In this document: in pieces, positions 1 through 11,236 of the stretch | Position numbering within the stretch: position 1 is the first letter of the stretch | How the letters are laid out: every line of letters starts with the position of its first letter | Source of the DNA: Antedon mediterranea | Taxonomy: Eukaryota > Animalia > Echinodermata | Length of the DNA: 64,000 bases | Reading direction: 5' to 3' | NCBI RefSeq assembly: GCF_964355755.1 | Contig: NC_092673.1 | Coordinates: 4,030,001 to 4,094,000, forward strand | Notes under the pieces: generated by a model | Seen by the model: the letters and a program-made list of their open reading frames with translations, nothing else | What the model was told of the DNA's origin: nothing | Databases searched by the model: none | Program-made: the position numbers and the translations under genes

Positions 1-514
1 CTCACAATCAGTGGAGGCTTAACAAGTCAGAATAAATTCCAACTTTAATTCGCAACGGAACTTTCGCCAATGAGCTATGCTCGATGCGATTAGGAGATCA
101 TGTTCCGAATATGAGCACTGTTTCTATAATTTACAGTATGATTTATATATAATTTACACAGTGCTACGCAACATCATTGATTTACATATACACAATATTA
201 TTTAAAAAAACCGTTGCGAATTAAAGTTGGAATTTATCCTGACTTGTTAAGCCTCCACTGATTGTGAGGGCGATTTTCACCCACCAGATACATTCTCTCA
301 TACAACAATCGCCCTCACAATAAAAGTATCTCTTCGGAGATCCCGCCTCGTGAATAAAAATACTGAAAGATGAAGGCGTATCAATTTGATCTCTGATTTT
401 CACCCACCAGATACATTCTCTCATACAACAATCGCCCTCACAATAAAAGTATCTCTTCGGAGATCCCGCCTCGTGAATAAAAATACTGAAAGATGAAGGC
501 GTATCAATTTGATC
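1..514. repeat. Arm of a foldback/TIR-type repeat running off the left edge
   Basis: 1-58 is the reverse complement of 211-268; a ~123-bp unit is repeated in tandem at ~272-394 and ~395-514. Family not identifiable. Confidence 0.55.
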
Positions 515-520
515 ATGAAA

Positions 521-600
521 GCCCCAGTGGTCTGATGGTTAGGACATCTGCATATCAAGCAGGCGGTCCGAGTTCGAGTCTCGGTTGGGGGCGACTTTTT
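521..600 (+). other. tRNA-like element (tRNA-Asp/Glu-derived SINE head or tRNA pseudogene)
   Basis: A-box-like TGGTCTGATGG, B-box-like GAGTTCGAGTC, perfect T-stem CCGAG/CTCGG, anticodon arm TCTGC-ATATCAA-GCAGG (anticodon ATC), acceptor GCCCCA/TGGGGGC, followed by TTTTT at 596-600. Copies at ~14423-14482 and ~35783-35842 have lost the 3' acceptor strand. Confidence 0.65.
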
Positions 601-717
601 CTCATTCTCACAGAATTCCTCATCTTTATCGTTTAAAATTAATTAATTAAATTTCACTATATCACCCGGGCGGTTTAGAATTACTGTTCTTTGCCTGATT
701 TGTTTATATATATGTAT

Positions 718-2240
718 AAATCCAACTGAAAAAATGACAATGCTGTGGGTATCAGTGGCTGGATCTCAATGGAGATACAAAAAAAAGCGAAAAGCTAAAT
801 CAAAACGATAAAGTAAAACAGCCAGAAAAATTAGCAGAGCTCTCGTGCAACACTAGCCCTTCATCAGTGCAAGTGAAGGAATTTGGATAACGTCATAGTA
901 TAAGAGCTGGCAAGTGCTGCCTGGGTGGACAGGAATAAGAGAAATACAACAAAAGGAGACAGGGTGGAGTCTGAATAAGAGTAGAAGACAAAGAAGTTAG
1001 CTTGGTAGAGATATAAACAATTTTGGAATGAAACTAAAAAAACAGCTTAAATGGTGGTTAATATTGAAACTTAAATTTTGGTAGTCAATGGAATACTTTT
1101 ACCGATCTGGGAGTATGTTCCTAATGCTAAGTCCAAAAGGTTTTGTGGTTTTAAGTTGTAATTCCCAGTGGGTTTTTTTTTTGTCTTTGCGAGTTTTTTC
1201 GCTTCATTTGACATCGTGGTCTATTGCAATAACTCTGAAATTTGCATGATCGAGTGACCAGCTGAATTAAAATGTTCGGCTACAGGTTGATCAAGCTTTA
1301 ATGTTTTGATAGCTGATCTGTATTGTGTCATTCTCATACGGAGAGTGTTTTTTGTTTCTCCGACGTACTGTTTGCCACAAATATTACAGTATATGAGATA
1401 AATGACGTTTTTGGTTAGACAATTAATTGATTGTCTTATCCGAAAAATGCGGCCAGTTTGGTTACTCTTAAATTTTTCAGTAGAATCAACCAATGAACAA
1501 GTTTTGCAAGATTTGCCGCAAAGGTGACTGCCCAAATTTTGGCTGTCATGAGAGTTAATTACACTAAATTTGGATCTGACTAATATATCACGAAGGTTGG
1601 GAGGTCTACGAAATGCAATAATGGGTGGTTCCGGAAAAACAGTCCTGAGACGTTCTGTGGACTGTAATGGGCATATGTTTCTCAATAATAGCCCGTTATG
1701 GGTGATAGGGCGTGACCAATGGCACTCTGGTCGATTTTTTTGGCTGACTTGGTTTGTACATCAGTGTTTCACATCGAGCAATATCTTTTGCTTTCTTTAT
1801 AGCAGTTTCGATGTATTCCTTCTTGTAATTTCTATTTCGGAGATGTCCGGTTAGTTCTTCGGTACGATTCTGAAAATCTAAATCTGAAGAACAGATACGT
1901 AATGCTTGACTGTACGGTATTTTTTAGTAAAGTGTCGGGGATGACAACTGCTAGGGAGCAGGTACATATTTTTATCCGTGGGTTTACGGAATAGGTCAGT
2001 TTTGAGTCCATTTTCTATGGTCACTATAGTGTCCAAAAAATCAACGCTACTAGTGGATTTGGTAGCTGTAAATTTGATAGTTGGGTGGACTGAATTAATA
2101 TTGAAAAGAAAAGATTCCAAATTATCTTCACCATGGGTCCAGATCATGAAGATGTCGTCAATGTATCTAAACCAAACAAGTGGTTTATTAGGTTGGAGGG
2201 ACAGAAAATTGGAGCAACGGCAGCTTAATTTAGTATACAC
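718..2240 (-). mobile_element. 5'-truncated, frameshifted Penelope-like retroelement (RT + GIY-YIG endonuclease), unit A
   Basis: ORF 1878-2312 has the RT motif WFRYIDDIFMIW and LFRKPTD; ORF 1221-1685 has the GIY-YIG motif NVIYLIYCNICGKQYVGET preceded by a CGKSCKTC Cys linker (Neptune-like); the element ends at a (TA)n tract. Confidence 0.9.
831..873 (-). ncRNA. Degenerate minimal hammerhead ribozyme in the Penelope terminal repeat (unit A)
   Basis: Minus strand reads GCA-CTGATGA-A-GGGC-TAGTGTT-GCAC-GAGA-GCTC-TGC. The CTGATGA core is intact but GAAA is mutated to GAGA. Confidence 0.6.
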
Positions 2241-2500
2241 TATTGATAACTTTAATCTTCCAATAGTTAGTAAGTTAAAACTGCTTGGTGTAATAATCCA
2301 AAATGACCTCAAATGGGGTTCAAATGTTCAAATGATAAAAAAGTCGATAAAAAGTCGACCTACGTCGACTTTTTATTGTAATTGTTATTTTCTATATCAT
2401 GTTTTTTTTTTGTATATTTCTCTTGGATGCACCTTCCATTTGGTCGAGTGCCACTGTTGTAAAAGTGTAATCTCCAAATAAATTATTATAAATTATTATT
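2240..2500 (+). mobile_element. Short fragment of a non-LTR (LINE) RT C-terminus with AT-rich tail
   Basis: Translates KLLGVIIQNDLKW (typical post-RT LINE motif) and is followed by an AATAAA/(ATT)n tail. Confidence 0.45.
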
Positions 2501-2785
2501 ATAACATCAAGAGCCTCACGTAGACCAGTCAACAATACTAGAGAAACCAAAGAGATTCATTATTATCTCTATGTGAGTAAACTTACGACCACCAGACTAT
2601 TATTTGATTATGAACTTCGAACTGTACTTAACTACATAAGAGTCTAGACTAGCATTATCTCATGCATTGTGTGTTTTGAAACAGCTCAAACAAAGTATAA
2701 AATATTTTATATTAATTTTGTTTTTCGTATTGTATTTCTAAGCTTTGTATTTTACTGCATTTTACAGGTGCATTAAAAGCGTACA

Positions 2786-5700
2786 ATGGGAGGATGCTGC
2801 TGCAAGTGTAATAAAGTAGGTAAGGCTTCAACGATTTAACGTGAATTACAGTAGAAAAGAGCGCTACGGTCACACATAAACGCCCTTAAAACAAGTTGGA
2901 AGAGTTTCAATAGGATCGGACCAGGAAGTTGTAATTAGAGTTGTAAATAACAAACTTCCTACAAAAGCCAATTAATGCTATTTTAAGTATATGTTTTTCG
3001 AACGTAATCCGTTCTAACGAATTAGTATTTCGTTTGAACGGATTACTAATCTGTTCAAACGAATTAGTAATCCGTTCAAACGAATTGCAACATATACAAC
3101 AAGTGCCATTCAAAGTATATGTTGTAATTCGTTTGAACGGATTACTAATCCGTTCAAACAAATTACTAATTTGTTTAAACAGATTAATAATCTGTTCAAA
3201 CGAATTAGGAATCCGTTCAAACGGATTAGTAATTTGTTTAAACGGATTACTAATTTGTTCAAACGAATTACTATTTCGTTCAAACGAATTACTAATTTGT
3301 TCAAACAGATTAGTAATCCGTTTAAACAAATTATTAATTTGTTTAAACAGGTTAATAATCTGTTTGAACGAATTAGGAATCCGTTCAAACGAATTACTAA
3401 TTCGTTCAAACAGATTAGTAATCCGTTTAAACAAATTATTAAACAGCATTATCTCATGCATTTTGTGTTTTGAAACAGCTCAAACAAAGTATAAAGATTT
3501 AATATTTTATATTAATTTTGTTTTTCGTATTGTATTTCTAAGTTTTGTATTTTACTGCATTTTACAGATCCAAAATGCACGCCTAAAGGTAAGGCTTCAA
3601 CAATTTAACATGAATTACAGTAGAAAGGAGCGCCGCGGTCACATAAACGCCCTTAAACAAGCTGGGGGAAGATTCAGGGGACAGGGTAGAAACATGCACC
3701 ACCCATGAACTACTTTTTGATCTATTTTTTTTACTATACAGTCGGTAGTATTAATATTACTGTATGTTAGCACTTTCTCATTTTATCGATATGCCTCTTG
3801 GCAATTGTAATTGTACCAAATATAATCAATCACCCTAAATGCTTAAAATCACATGCATGCACTGGATATAGGTTTTATTATTATAATTGTGTATTAAAGA
3901 GTTTATTTCAATTTTTAATTTACATACAGTAATTTTATATTTTGCTTTTCAGAAACTGTGTTTGAATCGGGAAAAAAAAAACCAATATATCGGTAATTTT
4001 GAAGATTTAATTGGATTTATTAGAGATCATGTCTAAACTATTCTACTGCAGTATGCAGTAATTATAGCATATTTTGGATAATCATACACATTGTTTTTTC
4101 AGTGACTAACTTTGAAACAAAGTGAATTGCAGTAAAAATGTAGATACTGCAGTAAAAATGTAGATACTGCAGTAAAAATGTAGATACTGCAGTAGAATAA
4201 TTTTGCCATCCTTTTTTTGTTCATTTACTTTTGTCCTTTATAAATTTTAAAACCTTGAATACAGTAGCACACTATAATGCTTGGTCTCAAATTGTTTGTG
4301 GTCTAAAGGTTTAAAACTTTATTTATTTACAATTTTGTTAATTTCTTGTTGATTTCTCCAAATCTGGTGTTTCAGGAATACAATAATGCTTGGTCTCAAA
4401 TTGTTTGTGATTTAAAGGCTTTCAAACTTTATTTACAATTTTGGTAATTTCTTGGTGATTTTTCCCAATTAGCATTCCAGCTTTGGTGTTCCAGAAAGAC
4501 CATTTCTTGGCGTTTTCTGAAAAGCGACTAAATGGATCGGAAGACTATGGAGCAATGAAAATTGTAGTTAAAAGAAGGCCATTAGAAGGTGATAATGTCC
4601 AATGGAGTGATGAGAAATGCCTATATCCTGTGTATCCTGCAGAAAAGGGAAAAAGGTTTGGGATTTTTATTTTACTCTTTTTACTATTTTTAAGTCATTT
4701 TATACATTTTGGAAACACGCCGAACATTTTTAAGTAGTTTATATCAGCTGCTGCTTTTACAGATTTTACAGAGCTTTCCCAACTTTCGTAAGTCCTTGAT
4801 TGACACCGAAGTGTTAATATACAGTGTACATTTGTTTAACATTTACATTTGTGTTTACTCCACCCTTAGCTTAGGGTGGAGTAAACACAAATGTTAAATT
4901 AAAATAATGGAGATGAAAATTCACAATACAAAGATATTAGACGTCCATGTCAAGAACAACGATAAATATACATTTTTTCTACAGAAAACAAAAGAATTAT
5001 AAAAGTTTTCATACGAGAATTATAGAATCTTTGATGAAAATGATCATTTTAGATAATCATTGTAGGGGGTATTATTACCTCAGTGAACTGGGTCACAAAA
5101 TAGCCCCAGTGTTCTGTGGATAAGAAAGGACAGTGATTAATTTGCTGATTAAGTTGCTGATTAATTTGCTGTTTGTCATCCTTGGCCACATGTGCCTAAA
5201 TACATAAAATTAAAATTGTAGTATTAGTAGTTAATTATTCAGCTTAATGACTGGCATCGACTTTTCTCTTTTCTGACACATTTAACATTTCTCAACTCTA
5301 CATTTGAATTGTACAATCCTATTTAGAATTGTTATCCTCTTTCAAATGGAAGCATGCTCTGAAATGTTCCTGTATCTCTCTTTTCTTTTTTTTTAAAGGC
5401 CAATGAATCCCGTTCCTATTGTTATCAGTGATAAGCACGTCATCTTACTGTTCAACACTTTCCCGGAGGATAAGGAGGAAAATAAAGTAAGAAACAGTGC
5501 CACCCGCGTATGGAATTTATTGATCACACAGAGTCATGATGGTGGAAAAACGTGGGAACCTTCCCGTGAACTACCAGTTGACGAGATCTTTTTTAATTAC
5601 GCAAATGGGATACCATCTTGTTGCGCTATTGGTATGTTTATTTATTTTCCAATCCAATCAAAGAATTGTCAATCATGGTTATCTATTAGAATGTAAATAA

Positions 5701-8700
5701 AGTTGTGTTTTGTCCAGATAAAAACGAGCAGTTGAGTAGATAATAGTATCCTATAAATAATCGCAGAATTTGGCCTGATACTTCGACTACGCCCCTTTTG
5801 GTTAACTAAAGCTGAAAATATCCACAATGCACATCAGCATATTTGGAAAGTGCCTGGCTTTAACTATGTTTACAGTACGATAGTGTACTTTAGATGCTGA
5901 TGCCCAGTATTGTTTAAATTGAAAGTGATTTTTAAAAATGCAAATGCCCTCTATGTTTTTTTGCTTAACCCTTTGAAGCGTATCCGGATATTCACCCCCT
6001 GGACATTTACCCCCCGGACAACTACCCCCCGGACAACCACCACCTGGACCACTACCCCCTTAGGACAACTACCCCTTTAGGACAACTACCCCCCGGACAA
6101 ATACCCCCCGGACAACTACCCCCTTAGGACAACAACCCCCTTAGGACAACTACCCCCTGGACAACTACCCCCCGGACAATTACCCCCTAGGAACAATTAC
6201 CCCCCGGACAATTACCTCCCGGACAATTACCCCCCGGACAATTTTACCACCCAGAAAACTATCCCTTTAGAACACCCTAACCACCCAGACCATTCAACAA
6301 CCTGACTCTGCAACTATTAATTAATAACTATATTTTAATTCGTTACTTTGACGAATTACTATTCATTATTGTAAACAAAAGTAAAAGATTGAACATAAAT
6401 ATAGCCTGGTGGTATAAACTGAAGATTGTCACACATGATCATAGGATAGTCGAACGTATTATATAGTACTCCATGTATTTACTGTAAAGACTGGGTTCGC
6501 TAATAATAATAATAATTTTTGCGTCAGGACAATGCTTCGATAACCACTGGTCTTAAAAGAATTAATTTTTGTCTCAAATTTGTCATATATGTATTTTTGT
6601 ACACTTGAAGAATAATATCACTTTTGATATTTGACCTCAATGTTCACTCACCGAATAAACGTCGATCTTTAAATAAATTCCCCTCAAATAAACGGTGACC
6701 ATGTCACTCCCATGAAACATCATATGGAATAATCGGCGTCTATTTCCATTAGATTATACCCCCTCCCATTGAATAAACAACTTTCTTCCAATAAATGTCC
6801 ACCTAAAAACCACATAAACAATAAACAGCCCAGGCCGTTTTTTCAATAAATACGGTACTTTAAATCTAGCACATCTAGGGTCTAGCGTGCTGTTAAACAA
6901 AACAGAATAATCGGTTAAAAACGGGTGTTTCGAAACTAGAGACCCGAGACCAGAGACCAGAGACCCGAGACCCAATACGAAAAGGGAGACCTAAATATAC
7001 GAAAAGGGAGACCCACGTACGAAAAGGGAGACCCCACTATACCAAAAGGGAGACCCCACTATACGAAAAGGGAGACCCTAATATACGAAAAGGGAGACCT
7101 AAATATACGAAAAGGGAGACCAAATATACGAAAAGGGAGACCCAAATATACGAAATGGGAGACCTAAATATACGAAAAGGGAGACCCACTATAAGAAAAG
7201 GGAGACCCCACTATACGAAAAGAGAGACCACACTATACGAAAAGGGAGACCCTAATATACGAAAAGGGAGACCCAAATATAGATCTCCCTTTTCGTATTG
7301 GGTCTCGTGTCAGGTCTCTGGTCTCCGGTCTCTAGTTTCGAAACACCCGTTAAAAACAGATGATTTCATTTTTACAGAAACCGGTCCTATATATTTGTCT
7401 ACTTTTGGATTGGGGGGGGGGGGGGGGTAGTTGACCGGGGGGTAGTTGACCGGGGGGTAGTTGTCCTAAGGGGGTAGTTGTCCTAAGGGGGTGGTTGTCC
7501 GGGGGGTAGTTGTCCGGGGGGTTGTTATCCTAAGGGGGTAGTTGTCCTAAGGGGGTAGTTGTCCGGGGGGTAGTTGTCCGGGGGGTAGTTGTCCTAAGGG
7601 GGTAGTTGTCCGGGTGGTAAACATCCGGGGGGTAACTGTCTAGGGGGTAGGTGTCCTAGAACCCTTTGAAGACGTGGCCCGTATATATACGAGGTAATTT
7701 TTTGGTCACTGAATTGCGCTTTTTGAGCATTTGACCTTTGACCTAGGTCAAAAAATAAAAATGCAATTTTTCGAAAGGCCAAAACATTTCACATAGCAAT
7801 AAAACCAACAATTGCAGAAAGTTACAGTCATAAAAATGTATTTTGCATTTTTCCTAAAACTATTAGAAATACCATATTAGCCAGAGTCACTTGGGGTAGA
7901 AACCTCCTGTTTCAAAACATAAATGTACAGTACCAGCTAATTTTTAAACTACGTACACAATTATATTGTATTATACAGGACCTGGTCATGCTATCAAGCT
8001 AGATTCAGGAAAGTTAATTGTGTCTGGAAATGTTAGATGGCCAGAATCAAAATCGAAACTTACACGTAAGTGGTGTGCTAAAAATAGAATGTCAAAATCC
8101 CCATACAGTTGACCCCGAAATTGACCTCTTTCTGTGTGTACTGTATTTCCAAATGGCATATATATTACAATATACCTTCATTGTAATTTACAGTACATTG
8201 TACAGTATGCAACAAAGCCGTAGCGAGAGGTTAAAGCGTGGTTCCCACTAGCGACGCAACGCAAGGACGTAACGCAACGCAAGTGAATTGACCAATCACA
8301 AGCGATGGCTTATTCGCTTGTGATTGCTAACTGTGTATAACTTCGCTTGTCATTGGTTAAAACGCTTAATTGCGTTGCGTTTACGTCCTTGCGTTACATT
8401 CTAGTGGGAACCAAGCATTAAAAACAGTTGGTTGGTAGGTCATTTTGATCATTCCATTATTAATCAGGAGGTAGGTCATTTGAAATACTAGAGTATTATT
8501 AAAACTGATTACTGTGTACTAATATTGTAACATGTAGAAGCGGCCTACGACTTAAATCATAAAGAAAATATACATCGCGATAGCGCCCACACGTTGAGCC
8601 TTGAATTGAGTTTGCTTAGCTTGGCTAGGCCTAAATGCTAAGCCTACATTTTAAAAGGTGTATACTGTATTACTTTATGATTTAAGTCGTAGGCTGCTAC

Positions 8701-10521
8701 TACAAGTTACAATAATAATTATTATTAGTAAGAAAACGTATAATACTGTAGTATTTCAAACAAGCTACTCTCTATTAATAATGGAACGATCCATTTGATG
8801 ATCTGGGTTTTCTAGTTCCATTTTGGAACTAGAAAAGTCAGATCTTGATATCTGAGTTTTCTAGATCTAGAAAAGTCAGATATAGATCTAGATATATCCC
8901 AATTTTATCTTTTTACTTATATTAACTTTCTTTTTGTTCTTTCTCTTTGTTGTGTGTTCCTTGTTTTCATCGTTTATCAAATTTGTTTTGATGTATTAAC
9001 GAATTTGAATTTGTAAATCCAAAATGGATCAATATATTAAAAAGTGTAGTTCTCATTTTCGCTTGGTTTCTTAATTCACAGGTCAATTTGCTATTATAAG
9101 TGACGATACTGGAAAAACCTGGCATATGGGAGGTTTCATTCCGTTGCCTGAATCTACAAATTGTTGTAAAAAAGGAAACAAAATCTCAGGAGGTGAATGT
9201 CAGGTAGGCCTACCAAAGATATAATTAATTTTCAATGATTATTGTAGAAAGTTATGTCATTTATTGTTTACGAGAAAGTCCGACATATTTGAAATACTTA
9301 TTTCTTTTTTTCAATTAAAATTTAAATTATACTTATCACTTATGTCTACAGAAAAACGAGTTAGATTTCTAAATATGTTCATATATTTTTTCTTTGCCCC
9401 ATTATTAATAAATGATTGTTTTTATTGATGCATAAAGTTCTGTCTTCACTATCAAACTTTATGTGACAAAAAAATGTGATGTGCCCATATATAGACATGA
9501 TGATGTCATATCACTACCATCTTTGGGCATATCACTACCATAGTATTTGGGCACACTTTTTTTGTCAAACTAGTTTGATAGTCTAGACAGAGCTTTAGTT
9601 AAAAACTGTAATTATTTATACAAATAATTTGTTATTATTTGTAGCCAGCTGACATGGGATCAGACAATGTTGTGATAAACTGTAGGACTGGAGACCGCAA
9701 TCCACGTTTCCAGTGCTATAGCTATGATGCATGTAAAACATTTAGTGACTCAGAGATGATGCCAACATTAATTGAACCAAAAAATGGTTGCCAGGTTAGT
9801 TTTTTTTTTCACCCATTTCAGGATTCCACTTTCTATAGTAAAATGCATTCAACACACAGATTCTGCTGTGCCTGATTGTTGTCAGTCAACTAGCTGGGGC
9901 CAAATAAAATAACAATTTATTGAGCGATCCCATTTTTGGAGTTTTGTAATGACTTGCGGCAAGTCTACCTTGCACCCTGCATAGCTGTGAGCTATGTCCA
10001 TGTTCAACAAGTTTGTAGTACGGTATTTGATTTGGTCACTACCAGTGACCAGTTTTCGCAATAAAAGGAAACAATCTCTGTTGAAGCCACTGGGTTGTCA
10101 AAGGCCTCTGTGAAAAAGTGGTCAGGTTGAAACCTTACCAACCATACTGGTGGCTACGGCCCTGACTACTGCTTAATTTCCCAAGTTACATAGGGCCTAG
10201 TTATTAAAATAATGTATGTATTATTTGTAGGGGAGCATTATTGGTTTTAAAGCAAACGATTCGGAACGCTTGGCACTGTTTAGTAATCCAGCTACCAGCT
10301 GTGTATGTAGGAAAAACCTTTCAGTGCGTTTAAGCAAAGACCAATCATGCAAGACTTATGATCCTCCAAACATAGTCATCGAACCTGATGATTCTGCTTA
10401 CTCGGATTTGGCAGCATTCATTCAAGACGGTGGGCAAACGTTTGCGTGTCTTTTTGAACGTAATAAGAAAACACGAAATATTGCGTTTACGACCTTTACA
10501 CTTGATGCACTTTTACACTAG
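2786..10521 (+). CDS. Sialidase (neuraminidase, GH33, NEU2/3/4-like), paralog A, 9 coding exons, 386 aa
   Basis: Exons 2786-2819, 3568-3588, 3953-3992, 4473-4655, 5399-5631, 7979-8065, 9082-9203, 9645-9794, 10231-10521; all GT-AG and phase-compatible (1161 nt). Protein starts MGGCCCKCNKVDPKCTPKETVFESGKKKPIYRIPAL; contains YRIP, EKR..ED, MNPVP, GPGH, GGECQ, INCR, RKNL, SAYSDL and Asp boxes SHDGGKTW, SDDTGKTW, SYDACKTF. Confidence 0.9.
2960..3445. repeat. Truncated foldback element built from a 21-bp palindromic minisatellite (intron 1 of sialidase A)
   Basis: Same left arm and AATTCGTTTAAACGAATT+ACT/AGT units as 17421-18895; right arm missing. Confidence 0.85.
5979..7663. mobile_element. Non-autonomous foldback (MULE-like) element with C-rich/G-rich tandem-repeat arms
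   Basis: Left arm (GGACAACTACCCCC)n at ~5990-6270 is the inverse of right arm (GGGGGTAGTTGTCC)n at ~7412-7663; CTTTGAAG is duplicated on both flanks (5971-5978 and 7664-7671). Confidence 0.75.
6923..7348. mobile_element. MITE (MULE-like, 9-bp TSD) with internal 20-21-bp tandem repeats
   Basis: TIR GGGTGTTTCGAAACTAGAGACC; TSD GTTAAAAAC at 6914-6922 and 7349-7357; internal (ATACGAAAAGGGAGACCCAAAT)n. Confidence 0.85.
8235..8418. mobile_element. Harbinger-type MITE (unit A only)
   Basis: TIR AGCGTGGTTCCCACTAG / CTAGTGGGAACCAAGCAT, TAA on both sides; the corresponding site in unit B lacks it. Confidence 0.75.
9436..9594. mobile_element. ~160-bp Harbinger-type MITE (AGCTCTGTCTACACTATCAAAC family)
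   Basis: TIR-bounded with TWA flanks. Further copies at 29145-29301, 32964-33121, ~33545-33682, ~35035-35128, 49873-50029, 53692-53849, ~54273-54410, 57362-57522, 58449-58595, 61025-61163 and degenerate at ~13658-13794. Confidence 0.8.
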
Positions 10522-10570
10522 CCAACACTTGCTCTTCTTTCTTGACCTCATTTACCTACATAAATAGGTC

Positions 10571-11236
10571 ATTAACTTACCAAGTTAATCTTTAGCTGAC
10601 CTAGTTACTCTTTAACTTACCAAGTTACTCTTTAGCTGACCCAGATACTCTTTAGCTGACCCAGATACTCTTTAGCTGACCCAGATACTCTTTAGCTGAC
10701 CAAGAATGCCCCAGTGCATTTACCCATGAAAGGCTAAACTATTTAAGCCTGGAAGTTAACATTCTTGGATGGTTGTTATATGACAATCTCAGCATTGATT
10801 CTTTGTTATGTTATATATTAATTATACAATTATTTTAGCCGACCTAGTCAATCTTTAGCCGACCCAATTACTCTTTAGCTGACCAAGAATGCCTTCTTGC
10901 CCCAGTGCATTTACCCATGAAAGGCTAAACTATTTAAGCCTGGAAGTTAACATTCTTGGATGGTTGTTATATGACAATCTCAGCATTGATTCTTTGTTAT
11001 GTTATGTTATGTTATATATTAATTATACAATTATTTTAGCCGACCTAGTCAATCTTTAGCCGACCCAATTACTCTTTAGCTGACCAAGAATGCCTTCTTG
11101 CCCCAGTGCATTTACCCATGAAAGGCTAAACTATTTAAGCCTGGAAGTTAACATTCTTGGATGGTCGTTATATTACAATCTCAGCATTGATTCTTTGTTA
11201 TGTTATGTTATATATTAATTATACAATTATTTTAGC
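10571..11236 (+). repeat. Tandem repeats just 3' of the sialidase A stop codon
   Basis: 20-bp unit TTAGCTGACCTAGTTACTCT (~6 copies) followed by three copies of a ~185-bp unit; B/C have more 20-mers but a single long unit. Confidence 0.85.

Larger units (their letters stand above)
5965..7810. mobile_element. piggyBac-like end (TTAA-CCCTTTGAAG...) hosting nested elements; absent from units B/C
   Basis: TTAA at 5965-5968 followed by CCCTT; the sequence resumes as CCCTTTGAAGACGTGG after the nested insert. The B/C intron lacks the whole ~1.85 kb. Confidence 0.45.

Noticed and set aside
1221-2312. Active or domesticated Penelope ORF
   Set aside because: 5' truncation and multiple frameshifts, with different lesions in unit A and units B/C, indicate neutral decay.
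3575-3586. ATG CAC GCC TAA mini-ORF as a sialidase start or as evidence of a stop codon
   Set aside because: It is out of frame; the exon reads PKCTPK in the phase set by the neighbouring exons.
8018-8251. ORF MCLEMLDGQ... (also 24362-24670, 45090-45398)
   Set aside because: Off-frame overlap of sialidase exon 6 (GPGHAIKL...) running into the intron.
2786-10521. Recent bacterial horizontal transfer of the sialidase
   Set aside because: Eight spliceosomal introns and motifs (MNPVP, ECQ, GCQGS, AYSDL, FACLFE) matching animal NEU2/3/4-type enzymes.
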